64,000 bases of DNA from an uncultured Candidatus Saccharibacteria bacterium. GTDB lineage: Bacteria; Patescibacteriota; Minisyncoccia; Phycocordibacterales; CAZPGN01. The stretch spans positions 17,368 to 81,367 of the forward strand of contig CAZPGN010000002.1 of NCBI GenBank assembly GCA_964586635.1. The letters run 5' to 3'. Shown here piece after piece: positions 9,427-20,005 of this stretch. The notes beneath the pieces were generated by a model, which searched no databases, was not told the DNA's origin, and worked only from the letters and a program-made list of their open reading frames with translations. Within the stretch, counting starts at the first letter, position 1. Each line of letters starts with the position of its first letter. The position numbers and the translations under genes were made by a program.

Positions 9427-9897
9427 ATGCGTGGAAAGAAACCTCGAAAACGGATACAGCCGAAAGATGCAAAGTATGGCTCCACAATCCTTAACAAGTT
9501 TATCAACTGCCTTATGTGGGACGGCAAGAAAAACACGGCTCGCACCGTTGTGTATGATGCGCTTGAGGAGATCCGCGCGGAATTGAAGACGGATAACCCA
9601 CTTGAGATTTTTGAGATGGCCATGCGCAATGTCAGTCCGAATATGGAGGTACGCTCTCGCCGCATCGGCGGCGCTTCCTACCAGGTCCCTCGAGAGGTGC
9701 GTCCCGAACGCAAAACGGCGCTCGCGATGCGTTGGATACTCGATTCATCTCGCAAGCAAAAGGGCGCGCGCATGGCCACCAAACTCGCGCGCGAGCTTGT
9801 CGCGGCAAGCCGCAATGAGGGCGAGGCGGTTCGCAAACGGGAGAATACTCACAAGATGGCGGAGGCGAATCGCGCATTTGCACACTTCGCGTGGTAG
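9427..9897 (+). CDS. rpsG: 30S ribosomal protein S7
   Basis: SRRIGGASYQVP, HKMAEANRAFAHF. Confidence 0.98.
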   Translation: MRGKKPRKRIQPKDAKYGSTILNKFINCLMWDGKKNTARTVVYDALEEIRAELKTDNPLEIFEMAMRNVSPNMEVRSRRIGGASYQVPREVRPERKTALAMRWILDSSRKQKGARMATKLARELVAASRNEGEAVRKRENTHKMAEANRAFAHFAW

Positions 9898-9944
9898 CTA
9901 AGCGACTTATTTTTATTCTGCATTAACCTTTTTCGCATTATATT

Positions 9945-12095
9945 ATGGAGCGGGACTATCCTCTTCGACAGGTCAGGAACTTTGGCATCATCGCGCACAT
10001 TGATGCTGGAAAGACGACTACCTCGGAACGCATTCTCTTTTATACTGGAGAGTCGCATAAGATCGGCGAAGTCCATGAAGGAGCCACCGTTACGGACTGG
10101 ATGGAACAGGAACGCGAGCGAGGCATTACCATCACTGCCGCGGCCATAACCTGCTTTTGGAACCCCACTTATCGCGGGGCGGACACTAGCCATAAGCATC
10201 GTTTCAACATCATTGATACGCCCGGACACATCGATTTCACCGTTGAAGTGAAGCGATCTTTGCGCGTGCTTGATGGCGCGGTTGTCGTTTTTGACGGTGT
10301 CGCCGGTGTCGAGCCTCAATCTGAAACCAACTGGCGCTATGCCGATGAGAGCAATGTGCCGAGAGTCTGTTTCATCAACAAGCTTGACCGTACAGGCGGG
10401 AGCTTCGAGCGCTCATACCAGTCTATCCTCGACCGCCTCAACAAAGGAGCTATCCGAATGCAGATCCCGATCGGCGAGGAAGACCAGCACGAGGGCGTGA
10501 TAGACCTTCTCTCCATGAAGGCCTACTATTTTGAAGGCGATAAGGGCAAGGAAATTCGTGAAGCCGACATTCCAGAGCATCTTCGCGCCGCCGCCATTAA
10601 ATATCGTGCGGAAACAGTCGAGCGTATCGTAGAGCACGATGACGCGCTGATGGCAGAGTATCTCGACGGCAAAGAGATTTCTGTTGAAGATTTAAAAAAT
10701 GCGCTCCGAAAAGCAACTATCGCCAACAAGCTCTTTCCGGTCTTCACGGGCTCTGCTCTCAAGAATAAGGGAGTCCAGCTTGTTCTTGACGCGGTTGTAG
10801 ACTATCTTCCTTCCCCGCTCGATATTCCGCCGGTTCGGGGCATTGATCCGAATACGAAGCAGGAGATTGAACGCCTCCCAGACGACAGCGAGCCCTTTGC
10901 CGCGCTGGCATTCAAATTACAGGCTGACCCGTTCGTCGGACAACTTACATTCTTTCGCGTCTATTCCGGCACCGTTGGGGCAGGAACATATGTATACAAT
11001 TCGACGACTGGAGAGCGCGAACGATTGGGGCGAATCGTGCGTCTGCAGGCGAACGAACGGGAGGATGTGAAAAAAGTATTTGCCGGCGAGATAGCGGCCG
11101 CCGTGGGATTGAAGCACGCCAAAACGTCCCACACTCTTTGTGATGAAAAACAGCCCATTATTCTCGATCCGATAAAATTCGCCGAGCCCGTGGTGTCGAT
11201 GCGTATCGAGCCGAAAACGAAAGCTGATCAAGAGAAGATGGGCCTCGCCCTGAAGCGCCTCTCGGATGAGGACCCGACATTCCGCGTGACTTCAGACCCA
11301 GAGACACTCGAGACTATTATCTCGGGCATGGGCGAACTTCATCTCGAGATACTCGTGGATCGTTTGAAGCGCGAGTTCGGCGTTGAGGCAAATGTCGGTC
11401 GGCCGCAGGTTGCCTATCGCGAGACAATAACCTCCGAAGCCGAAGCGGAAACCAAGTATATCAAGCAAACAGGTGGCCGCGGCCAGTATGGCCATGTGAA
11501 AATAAAAGTCCGTCCAATGGTACGATTGATGGGTGATGAGACGGAAAAAATACCGAAGAATGTCAAACGCTCCGAGCATTCCGAGTTTGTAAACAACATT
11601 AAAGGAGGCATTATACCGAACGAGTTCATTCCCGCTATTGAAAAAGGAATCATCGAAGGCATGTCTCGCGGCGTGCTTGCGGGGTATCCGCTCGTGGATG
11701 TTTCAACAGAGCTCTTTTATGGTTCCTACCATGATGTCGATTCATCCGAGATCGCTTTTAAGATAGCGGCATCAATGGCGCTGCAGGATGCGGCAAAACG
11801 GGCAAAGCCGGTCATTCTCGAACCTGTAATGCGCGTTGAAGTGGTCACCCCCGAGAAGTTTATGGGTGATGTAACAGGAAATCTTTCTTCAAAGCGCGGA
11901 CAGATCGAGAGCATGGGCGAACGCGGTGTCGGGATCAAAGTGATTACCGCGCGCGTACCGCTCTCCGAAATGTTCGGCTATGTAACCTCGCTCCGTTCGA
12001 TGACTGAAGGCCGAGCCAGTTTCACTATGGAATTCGAAGCATACGATATCGTTCCTCAAAATGTCGCAGTGGAGATCATTGCCGCGCGCCAATAG
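9945..12095 (+). CDS. fusA: Elongation factor G
   Basis: [23 protein letters not shown]. Confidence 0.99.
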   Translation: MERDYPLRQVRNFGIIAHIDAGKTTTSERILFYTGESHKIGEVHEGATVTDWMEQERERGITITAAAITCFWNPTYRGADTSHKHRFNIIDTPGHIDFTVEVKRSLRVLDGAVVVFDGVAGVEPQSETNWRYADESNVPRVCFINKLDRTGGSFERSYQSILDRLNKGAIRMQIPIGEEDQHEGVIDLLSMKAYYFEGDKGKEIREADIPEHLRAAAIKYRAETVERIVEHDDALMAEYLDGKEISVEDLKNALRKATIANKLFPVFTGSALKNKGVQLVLDAVVDYLPSPLDIPPVRGIDPNTKQEIERLPDDSEPFAALAFKLQADPFVGQLTFFRVYSGTVGAGTYVYNSTTGERERLGRIVRLQANEREDVKKVFAGEIAAAVGLKHAKTSHTLCDEKQPIILDPIKFAEPVVSMRIEPKTKADQEKMGLALKRLSDEDPTFRVTSDPETLETIISGMGELHLEILVDRLKREFGVEANVGRPQVAYRETITSEAEAETKYIKQTGGRGQYGHVKIKVRPMVRLMGDETEKIPKNVKRSEHSEFVNNIKGGIIPNEFIPAIEKGIIEGMSRGVLAGYPLVDVSTELFYGSYHDVDSSEIAFKIAASMALQDAAKRAKPVILEPVMRVEVVTPEKFMGDVTGNLSSKRGQIESMGERGVGIKVITARVPLSEMFGYVTSLRSMTEGRASFTMEFEAYDIVPQNVAVEIIAARQ

Positions 12096-12213
12096 ATTTG
12101 CAGTGATACAGCGTGTCATAAAACGCTCGATCATGAGAAAGCGGGCTTTTCTTTTAAGTAAGTTGATAATTTGTAGTGAATTGGAATTGTTTGCATAGTA
12201 TACTGAATGACAT

Positions 12214-14940
12214 ATGAGTATTGAGGCCGCGAGCGGCAAACGGCCGTTCTCTCCGGAAGAAGAGCTTGCATACTTGCGGGCTGAGGTTGCGCGCAAAGAA
12301 AAAGAGATCGCCGCACGAGGAGAATCAGTGCCGATCGATATTGTCGCCCGCGAAGCCCTGCTTGAATACGCGGATAGTGGTCGAGCCGCGGAGGTTGCCA
12401 ACGAACCCGAACAGCCCGAGGGTGCCATTGTGCTTAATCTTGAAGCGGATAATAACGATGCGACGATGGCGGAACTTATCCAGGTCGCTCGTGAAAAGGG
12501 ACTGAAGCGGGCATTGCGTGTCGTCGGTCGGCTCGGCAACGACCATATCCAAGACGATTTCCACCGATTTTTGGTGCAATATGTTCTCTCGGGATATTCT
12601 TTGCCAGGAATTGATCGCGAGACTCCGCTTCGTAGTGCGCTTTATATGACGCTTTTTCGCATTACGCTTCCTGCGCCCGAAAAAGAAGAGCGTGCGCGAC
12701 CGCTTAAGGAACTTCTTACGGCAATGGAGCAATTCATTATCGGAATGGGAGCGCTCGGAACGGGGTCGTCGGGCAAGCGTTTCTATTCTCTTGAAGTCGG
12801 AATTAAGGGCGGGTCCGGGAGTATCGGTTTTTATGCCGCCATACCTAATGAAAAGGTTCGCCTCTTTGAACAGCAAATGCGTTCTGTCTTTCCGCACGCA
12901 AAACTCGAGCCACAGCCGAACGACTACAACATTTTTGTTGAAGATGGATATGTTGCCGCATCAGAGCTTACACTTTCCCGAAACGCATCCCTCTCGCTCA
13001 AGACATTTATGGAGCTTGACCATGACCCGCTCAACGCACTGCTTAACACTTTCTCTGCTCTTGTGTCGGGATATGGCGCGGCTCTGCAATTTGTCATGAG
13101 TCCACCGGATGCACGATTTGGAAAACGATACCAGAAGATCGAGCGGGCGCTTGCCAAGGGTATGTCATTCGATGAGGCGCAAAAAATCCCAGAGACGGCT
13201 ATCGGAGAACTTGCGGCGGATGTGTGGAAGACACTGTTTACTCGTGCTAATACCGATGAAAAAAAAGAAGCGGCCCCTGACACTGATACGATCGAACGAA
13301 TAAAAGAGAAAGCGGCAACTCCAATAAGCCCTGTCAATGCGCGGCTTTTAGTTTCTGCTCCGACCGAGGAGCGGGCCGAAGCAGTCCTTTCTGATTGCGA
13401 GGCGTCATTTCTGCAGTTTGCACACGCAAAAGGCAATCGGATTGAGTTTCAGCGGGCAAAGCCGCGCGCACTGCGTTCGCTTGCTCGCTCTTTCTCCTTC
13501 CGCTTGCCGGATCCTAAAGCGAGCATTCCACTCTCTGCGCGCGAGATAGCATCCCTCATCCATTTCCCGGTACAAGATGTGTCTGCCGTTGCGGAGTTAA
13601 GCGAAGAGCGTGCACAGGATGCCCCTGCGCCGCCCGGGCTCCCGTCTGACGGGACACTTCTTGGCGTCAATCGCTACCGCGGCAAGGAGACGCGGATCTA
13701 TCTCACCGACGAAGACCGTTTGCGCCACTTGTATTGCATTGGGCAAACAGGCACCGGCAAATCGACACTGCTCAAAAACATCATCATCCAGGACATTCAG
13801 AATGGCCATGGTGTCTGCATGATAGACCCGCACGGGAACGATATTATTGACGTGCTCGCACACATACCTCCAGAACGCTACGGCGATGTAATCTATTTTG
13901 ACCCCGCATATCTCGAGCGCGTGCAGGCGCTCAATATGCTCGAATACGACACGCGATTTCCGGAGCAGAAAACATTTGTAGTGAACGAGTTGCTCGGTAT
14001 TTTCAGGAAACTCTACGGTGAAGTGCCGGAGAGCATGGGCCCCGCTTTTGAACAATATTTCCGCAATGCGGCGCTCCTTGTGATGGAGGATCCATCGACG
14101 GGGAACACGATGCTCGATATCGGGAAAGTGCTCGCTGACTCTGCGTTCCGAAAGATAAAACTCGCACGGTGCCACAACCCGGTCGTAAAACAATTTTGGG
14201 AAGAAATTGCGACAAAGGCGGGCGGAGAAGCATCTCTGGTGAATATTGTCCCTTACATCACGAACAAATTCGACGATTTCACCGCGAACGAGATCATGCG
14301 CCCCATCATCGGACAGGAAAAATCTTCTTTCAATTTCAGGAACATAATGGATTCCAGGAAAATACTCCTCGTCAATCTCTCGAAAGGGCGTCTCGGTGAG
14401 CGAAACGCAAACCTGCTCGGACTCATAATTGTCGGCAAATTCCTTATGGCTGCGCTTTCGCGAGCTGATTCTATCGGAAAGGACTTGCCTCCGTTTTATT
14501 TGCACATTGATGAGTTTCAAAATGTAACGACAAATTCGATTGCACAGATACTTTCGGAGGCACGGAAGTACAAGCTCGGACTGACCATCGCCCATCAGTT
14601 TATTGCGCAGATAAGCGAGGATGTGATGCGCGCGGTATTCGGCAATGTGGGTTCGATCATGTCGTTTCGCGTTGGCGCACAGGATGCGGAAGCCCTTGTT
14701 CCGCAATTTGACCCTGTCTTTGAGCCGGCTCATCTCATGAATATCACGAACTTTAACTGTCATATCCGCCTGCTTGCGCGCGGCGTGCCGCAGAAGCCCT
14801 TCACCGTGCGCATTGAACGGCCGGACAAGGGTAATCGGGGAGCGGTTGAAGAATTGAAACGACTCTCATATCTAGCTTACGGGCGTCCCCGCGCGGAAGT
14901 TGAGAAGGAAATACAGGAGCGATTTTTCTCCGCCGATTAG
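12214..14940 (+). CDS. VirD4/TraD/TrwB-like (HerA-FtsK superfamily) coupling ATPase
   Basis: DRLRHLYCIGQTGTGKS, IDPHG, LVNLSKG, LHIDEFQN, SEARKY..AHQ, GNVGS..FRVG. Confidence 0.88.
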   Translation: MSIEAASGKRPFSPEEELAYLRAEVARKEKEIAARGESVPIDIVAREALLEYADSGRAAEVANEPEQPEGAIVLNLEADNNDATMAELIQVAREKGLKRALRVVGRLGNDHIQDDFHRFLVQYVLSGYSLPGIDRETPLRSALYMTLFRITLPAPEKEERARPLKELLTAMEQFIIGMGALGTGSSGKRFYSLEVGIKGGSGSIGFYAAIPNEKVRLFEQQMRSVFPHAKLEPQPNDYNIFVEDGYVAASELTLSRNASLSLKTFMELDHDPLNALLNTFSALVSGYGAALQFVMSPPDARFGKRYQKIERALAKGMSFDEAQKIPETAIGELAADVWKTLFTRANTDEKKEAAPDTDTIERIKEKAATPISPVNARLLVSAPTEERAEAVLSDCEASFLQFAHAKGNRIEFQRAKPRALRSLARSFSFRLPDPKASIPLSAREIASLIHFPVQDVSAVAELSEERAQDAPAPPGLPSDGTLLGVNRYRGKETRIYLTDEDRLRHLYCIGQTGTGKSTLLKNIIIQDIQNGHGVCMIDPHGNDIIDVLAHIPPERYGDVIYFDPAYLERVQALNMLEYDTRFPEQKTFVVNELLGIFRKLYGEVPESMGPAFEQYFRNAALLVMEDPSTGNTMLDIGKVLADSAFRKIKLARCHNPVVKQFWEEIATKAGGEASLVNIVPYITNKFDDFTANEIMRPIIGQEKSSFNFRNIMDSRKILLVNLSKGRLGERNANLLGLIIVGKFLMAALSRADSIGKDLPPFYLHIDEFQNVTTNSIAQILSEARKYKLGLTIAHQFIAQISEDVMRAVFGNVGSIMSFRVGAQDAEALVPQFDPVFEPAHLMNITNFNCHIRLLARGVPQKPFTVRIERPDKGNRGAVEELKRLSYLAYGRPRAEVEKEIQERFFSAD

Positions 14941-14955
14941 GTGCGAGGGAGGTAT

Positions 14956-15078
14956 TTGACTATTTTGCGCGGCTTGCTATCATACGATAAACGCAGATTC
15001 GGCGTTTTTTGTTTGAATATTTATTAGCAAGTCCCGTGTCCGCTGTCAGTTTTCTAGGTCAGAAAACTGACAGTGGAC
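14956..15078 (+). promoter_or_regulatory. tuf promoter and leader hairpin
   Basis: TTGACT-16-(TGc)TATCAT; 18-bp stem at 15038-15078. Confidence 0.6.
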
Positions 15079-15104
15079 CGCCGGGTGAATAGTAACCAGA
15101 AAAT

Positions 15105-16298
15105 ATGGCAGAAACATTTGATCGTTCGAAGCCGCATGTCAATGTGGGCACCATTGGCCATGTGGACCACGGCAAAACAACTTTGACCGCCGCTATCTTG
15201 AGCGTGCTAAATCTCGCTGGGCATAAAGTGAAGCTTCGCGGAGTCGATCAGATCGACAATGCTCCCGAAGAACGCGCGCGCGGGATAACCATTGCGCTTT
15301 CGCACAATGAGTATGAGACATCGGCGCGCCACTATGCCCACATTGATGCTCCCGGACACGCCGACTACATCAAGAATATGATTACCGGCGCGGCGCAGAT
15401 GGACGGCGCGATCCTTGTTGTCGCCGCGACGGACGGCGTGATGCCGCAGACGCGCGAACACATTCTGCTCGCACGACAGATCGGCGTTCCGAAGGTGCTC
15501 ATCTTCTTGAACAAGGTTGATATGGTTGATGATCCGGAACTCATCGACCTCGTTGAGGCGGAAGTCCGCGAACTGCTCTCGAAATATCAATATGACGGCG
15601 ACGCCGCGCCGGTCATACGCGGTTCTGCTCTCAAGGCGCTTGAAGCAAAGAGCGCTGAAGATGCGGACGCAAAGCCGATACTGGAGCTTGCGAAAGCGCT
15701 CGATGAATACATTCCTCAACCGGAGCGCGAGATGAACAAGCCCTTCCTCATGCCAGTCGAAGACATTTTTTCGATCGAAGGCCGCGGCACCGTTGTTACG
15801 GGCCGTATCGAAAGAGGAAAAGTGAAAGTCGGTGAGGAAGTTGAGATCGTTGGACTTAAAGACACCGCCAAGACTACAGTTACGGGCATTGAAATGTTCA
15901 ACAAGCAACTTCAGGAAGGTATTGCCGGAGACAACGCAGGCGTACTCTTGCGCGGCGTCAAAAAAGAAGACATTCACCGCGGCCAAGTGCTTTCCGCGCC
16001 GGGAAGTGTCACGCCGCACACGCAGTTCACCGCAGAAGTATATGTCCTTAAAAAGGAGGAAGGAGGCCGACATACCCCGTTCTTCACTGGTTACAAACCG
16101 CAGTTCTACATTCGCACAACGGACGTTACGGGAGAAGTGAAGCTCGCAGAAGATGTGAAAATGGTCATGCCTGGCGACACGGTTACTTTCGCGGTAACGC
16201 TCGGAGCGCCGGTCGCTCTTGAGGAAAAGCAGCGTTTTGCTGTGCGCGAGGGCGGAAAGACCGTTGGCGCGGGTGTTGTCACAAAGATCGTTGCGTAA
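15105..16298 (+). CDS. tuf: Elongation factor Tu
   Basis: [37 protein letters not shown]. Confidence 0.99.
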   Translation: MAETFDRSKPHVNVGTIGHVDHGKTTLTAAILSVLNLAGHKVKLRGVDQIDNAPEERARGITIALSHNEYETSARHYAHIDAPGHADYIKNMITGAAQMDGAILVVAATDGVMPQTREHILLARQIGVPKVLIFLNKVDMVDDPELIDLVEAEVRELLSKYQYDGDAAPVIRGSALKALEAKSAEDADAKPILELAKALDEYIPQPEREMNKPFLMPVEDIFSIEGRGTVVTGRIERGKVKVGEEVEIVGLKDTAKTTVTGIEMFNKQLQEGIAGDNAGVLLRGVKKEDIHRGQVLSAPGSVTPHTQFTAEVYVLKKEEGGRHTPFFTGYKPQFYIRTTDVTGEVKLAEDVKMVMPGDTVTFAVTLGAPVALEEKQRFAVREGGKTVGAGVVTKIVA

Positions 16299-16307
16299 AC
16301 CGCATTC

Positions 16308-16676
16308 ATGACGGCCACCGCAGAAACCAAAAAAAGAAAAGCCTCTGCGAAGAGTAAAGAGGAGGTTTCAGATCGGCTGCGTATCAGGATTTCGGCTTAC
16401 GAGCACAAAATCCTCGATGCGAGCGTTCGGCAGATAATTGATACCGCCGTGCGATATGGCGCCGAGCTCTCCGGCCCGATACCGCTTCCAACTGACATCA
16501 AGAAATATACGGTCAATCGCGGAGCGTTCGTGCACAAGAATGCGCGGGAGCAGTTCGAAATGCGCGTGCACAAGCGATTGATCGACATTGTGAATCCGTC
16601 TTCGAAAATTATCGAAGCTCTTACGAATCTTAACTTACCATCTGGCGTCAGTATTGATGTCAAGATGGCGTCGTAG
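16308..16676 (+). CDS. rpsJ: 30S ribosomal protein S10
   Basis: GPIPLPT, REQFEMRVHKRLIDI. Confidence 0.98.
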   Translation: MTATAETKKRKASAKSKEEVSDRLRIRISAYEHKILDASVRQIIDTAVRYGAELSGPIPLPTDIKKYTVNRGAFVHKNAREQFEMRVHKRLIDIVNPSSKIIEALTNLNLPSGVSIDVKMAS

Positions 16677-16783
16677 GGGAGAGAAGCGATCTCGATACAT
16701 GGACATGGATGTTCAACCTTGTCTATCCGGGATTGGACATTGAATCTCCATACCATCGTCTGTTCGCGTGATTCTTTAGAGTC

Positions 16784-17407
16784 ATGAGCAAATTCATATT
16801 GGGAACAAAGCAATATATGACCCAGGTTTTCGATGGCTCGGGTATTATACAACCTGCGACCATGCTTCTCGTTGGGCCAGTCGTTGTGACGCAAGTCAAG
16901 ACGAAGGAAAAGGACGGCTACAACGCTATTCAGCTTGGATATGGGCGCAAAGCGGAGAAGCGAACATCCAAGGCGCGCGCAGGACATCTAAAGGGCCTCG
17001 AAAACTTCCGTCATCTGCGGGAATGGCGCATCGAAGGCGATATGCCTCTGCTTCAGCGCGGCGCAATTATCAACGCATCTCTGTTTTCGGAGGGCGATGT
17101 TGTTGCCGTTTCTGGCATATCGAAGGGCAAGGGTTTTCAGGGAGTAGTCAAGAGGCATGGATTTAAGGGCGGACCGAGGTCGCACGGTCAGAAGCATTCC
17201 GAGCGAGAGCCAGGTTCCATATCGGGTGGTGGTCGAGCCGGCGGTCGCGTCGTGAAAGGTATGCGCATGGCTGGACGTATGGGAGGCGATCGTGTTACCG
17301 TAAAGAACCTCAAAGTGGTAAGGGTCGATCACGAACGTGGATTGTTATTGGTGCGCGGGGCGGTTCCAGGTCGTCGCGGCACTCTTGTTGAAGTGTCTGG
17401 AAAGTAA
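16784..17407 (+). CDS. rplC: 50S ribosomal protein L3
   Basis: DGYNAIQLG, SKGKGFQGVVKRH, MAGRMG. Confidence 0.98.
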   Translation: MSKFILGTKQYMTQVFDGSGIIQPATMLLVGPVVVTQVKTKEKDGYNAIQLGYGRKAEKRTSKARAGHLKGLENFRHLREWRIEGDMPLLQRGAIINASLFSEGDVVAVSGISKGKGFQGVVKRHGFKGGPRSHGQKHSEREPGSISGGGRAGGRVVKGMRMAGRMGGDRVTVKNLKVVRVDHERGLLLVRGAVPGRRGTLVEVSGK

Positions 17408-17413
17408 AGCAAC

Positions 17414-18085
17414 ATGGAAGCTCCGATCTACAATTCACGCGGTGAAGAGACTGGCGCGGTTACCTTGTCAGAGCGCGTTTTTGGACTTGCTTGGAACGCC
17501 GATTTGGTGCATCAGGTCGTTACCGCGATGCGTGCGAATGCGCGGAGTCCCGTTGCCCATGCAAAAGGACGCGGCGAAGTTCGGGGTGGTGGTCGCAAAC
17601 CGTGGCGGCAAAAAGGGACTGGTCGCGCGCGACACGGGTCCATCCGTTCTCCACTGTGGCGCGGAGGTGGTATTACGCACGGCCCAAACAAGGAGCGCGC
17701 CTACGAACAAAAAATCAATAAGAAAATGAGCCGCAGGGCTCTCGCGACCGTTCTATCCCAAAAATTGCGAGACGGCGAAATGCTTTTTGTGGATGACTTA
17801 GCGTTTGGTGTTCCCAAAACGAAGGATGCGGCGCTCACACTCTCTCGGTTTGCTTCAATAACTGGCTTTGAGAAAATCGCATACAAGCGCGGCAATCGAG
17901 CCCTCATCGCGCATGAGCTTGACAACGGCGCATTCGAGAAGAGCTTTCGCAACATTGCGAGTGTCGCCGTAACGGGTATCGGCGAACTCAATCCGGTCAA
18001 TGTGCTCTCGTATAAGTATCTGGTTATCACGCACCCAATCGAAAACATTAAGAAAATAGAGGCTCGTTTGACCAGCTCGAAGTAA
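17414..18085 (+). CDS. rplD: 50S ribosomal protein L4
   Basis: KPWRQKGTGRARHGS. Confidence 0.98.
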   Translation: MEAPIYNSRGEETGAVTLSERVFGLAWNADLVHQVVTAMRANARSPVAHAKGRGEVRGGGRKPWRQKGTGRARHGSIRSPLWRGGGITHGPNKERAYEQKINKKMSRRALATVLSQKLRDGEMLFVDDLAFGVPKTKDAALTLSRFASITGFEKIAYKRGNRALIAHELDNGAFEKSFRNIASVAVTGIGELNPVNVLSYKYLVITHPIENIKKIEARLTSSK

Positions 18086-18086
18086 T

Positions 18087-18389
18087 ATGAAGACCACAAT
18101 GACCGCTCCAAACACTATCATCCTGCGTCCGCATACTACGGAGAAAGCTTTCTCACAGTCAAACGCTGATTTCGGAGGCCGCGTGTACACATTTGTTGTG
18201 CGGGACAATGCGAACAAAGTCGTTGTGGCCAGAGAAGTCAAGGCGGCATATGGAGTAACGCCAATTAAAGTTGCCATTATTTGCGTTCCATCCAAACGGC
18301 TCCGTCGGCGCGGAAGGCTGGGAATACGGAGTGGATTTAAGAAAGCGCTAGTTTATCTCAAAGCAGGAGATTCGATTCAATTTGCATAA
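18087..18389 (+). CDS. rplW: 50S ribosomal protein L23
   Basis: PHTTEKA, FKKALVYL; synteny. Confidence 0.95.
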   Translation: MKTTMTAPNTIILRPHTTEKAFSQSNADFGGRVYTFVVRDNANKVVVAREVKAAYGVTPIKVAIICVPSKRLRRRGRLGIRSGFKKALVYLKAGDSIQFA

Positions 18390-18398
18390 AATATTTCT

Positions 18399-19253
18399 AT
18401 GGCCATGAAGCGCTACAAACCAACGACAGCTTCGCGCCGCGGCATGAGCGTGGTGCATTATCGCGGCATTCTTACTGGAGATAAACCTTTTAAATCCTTG
18501 ACGCGTGGTTTTAGGCGTTCTAATGGGCGCAATAATCAAGGCCGAATTACGACGCGCCACAAAGGAGGAGGACACAAACGCCTGTATAGAGAAATTGACT
18601 TCGCATACGACAAGCGTGATATACCGGCACGCATCGAAACGCTCGAGTATGATCCGAATCGAACTGGCTTCATTGCGCGCGTAGTCTATGCGGACGGAGA
18701 ACGCCGCTATGTGCTCGCGCACGCGAACGCGACAGTGGGCGAGTCGTTCGTAGTATCGGAGAAAGCAGATCTCGTGCCGGGAAATCGTATGCCGCTTAGG
18801 CTCGTCCCTGTCGGTTCATTCGTGTTTAATATAGAAGTAAAGCCGGGGAGTGGCGCGAAGCTCTCGCGCAGCGCCGGAAATTATGCCGAGGTTCTTTCGA
18901 ACGATGCGCACTATACGAATTTGAAAATGCCATCTGGTGAGGTTCGGAGAGTGCATGAGAATTCATGGGCGTCTATTGGCAGTGCCTCAAACGCTGAGCA
19001 CAATTTGGTGAACTATGGCAAAGCGGGTCGCTCGCGCTGGCGCGGAATTCGTCCGACTGTTCGCGGAAGCGCGATGAATCCGGTCGATCACCCCTATGGA
19101 GGCGGCGAGGGACGTAGCGGGAGAGGCCGCCGTCGCGCCGTTTCCATGTGGGGTAAACCGACTGGTGGAGTGAAGAGTCGCCGCGCTAAGAAATACTCGA
19201 ATGTATTTATTGTTTCTCGCCGCAGAACCGGCAAGAAACGAGGTTTGAATTGA
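18399..19253 (+). CDS. rplB: 50S ribosomal protein L2
   Basis: EYDPNR, RPTVRGSAMNPVDHP. Confidence 0.98.
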   Translation: MAMKRYKPTTASRRGMSVVHYRGILTGDKPFKSLTRGFRRSNGRNNQGRITTRHKGGGHKRLYREIDFAYDKRDIPARIETLEYDPNRTGFIARVVYADGERRYVLAHANATVGESFVVSEKADLVPGNRMPLRLVPVGSFVFNIEVKPGSGAKLSRSAGNYAEVLSNDAHYTNLKMPSGEVRRVHENSWASIGSASNAEHNLVNYGKAGRSRWRGIRPTVRGSAMNPVDHPYGGGEGRSGRGRRRAVSMWGKPTGGVKSRRAKKYSNVFIVSRRRTGKKRGLN

Positions 19254-19278
19254 CAGAGTGGGCTGTCCTGGCTAGTAT
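19250..19278 (+). promoter_or_regulatory. Internal promoter upstream of rpsS
   Basis: TTGACA-17-TAGTAT overlapping the rplB stop. Confidence 0.55.
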
Positions 19279-19315
19279 GGACATCGACCCAAGAGAGGGT
19301 TTTTGTTTTTAATTC

Positions 19316-19660
19316 ATGTCTAGATCACTGAAGAAAGGACCATATGTCGACAAACGGCTTCTTGCGAAGATAGTTGGAATCAAATCCGAGAAAGCAGGCC
19401 TCATAAAGACATGGTCGCGCGATGCGGTTATTTCTCCGGAAATGGTAGGTTTCGCATTCGGTGTTCACAATGGCAAGGATTTTATTGAAGTGCGAGTAAC
19501 GGAGGATATGGTTGGTCACCGCCTTGGCGAGTTCTCGCCGACTCGCAAGTTCGTGCGCCATGGCGGCAAGATGCAGAAGGAGATCGAGCAGAAGAAGCGC
19601 GAGGCCGAGATTTCCGCGGCAAAATCGGCCAAGAGCGAAACGGCCGCTAAGAAAAAATAG
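19316..19660 (+). CDS. rpsS: 30S ribosomal protein S19
   Basis: [22 protein letters not shown]. Confidence 0.98.
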   Translation: MSRSLKKGPYVDKRLLAKIVGIKSEKAGLIKTWSRDAVISPEMVGFAFGVHNGKDFIEVRVTEDMVGHRLGEFSPTRKFVRHGGKMQKEIEQKKREAEISAAKSAKSETAAKKK

Positions 19661-19662
19661 AC

Positions 19663-19998
19663 ATGGCGCGGGCAACACTACAACGCTATCGGCAGTCTCC
19701 TCGGAAAGTTCGGCGTGTCGCCCGGCTTATACGCGGACGCAGTGTGTTTGATGCGATCGCACTTCTCGGTTTTGCCGCAAAACGCGCAGCAGACCCGCTC
19801 GCGAAACTCCTCGCAAGCGCAGCGGCAAATGCTGTCGAGAATGACAAAAAGGACAAGAAGGATCTCATTGTTAGCGAAGTGCGTGTCGATGAGGGCCCGA
19901 TCTTGTATCGTTTTATGCCGCGCGCGTTCGGGCGCGCACGCCCGATCCGCAAGCGCACGAGTCACATTACAATCGTCGTCGACGAGAAAACGCAATGA
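19663..19998 (+). CDS. rplV: 50S ribosomal protein L22
   Basis: SPRKVRRVA, PRAFGRA, KRTSHITI. Confidence 0.98.
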   Translation: MARATLQRYRQSPRKVRRVARLIRGRSVFDAIALLGFAAKRAADPLAKLLASAAANAVENDKKDKKDLIVSEVRVDEGPILYRFMPRAFGRARPIRKRTSHITIVVDEKTQ

Positions 19999-20005
19999 AG
20001 CGATT

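Noticed and set aside
13597-14763. Long antisense ORFs (388 aa here; also 15207-16073 and 3311-4027)
   Set aside because: They are shadows of well-supported genes on the opposite strand and have no recognisable motifs.
19715-20005. Apparent N-terminal extensions of rpsC (also rpsL, NYN, the PD-(D/E)XK nuclease and tgt)
   Set aside because: ORF-caller artefacts overlapping upstream genes or promoters; conserved starts lie downstream.
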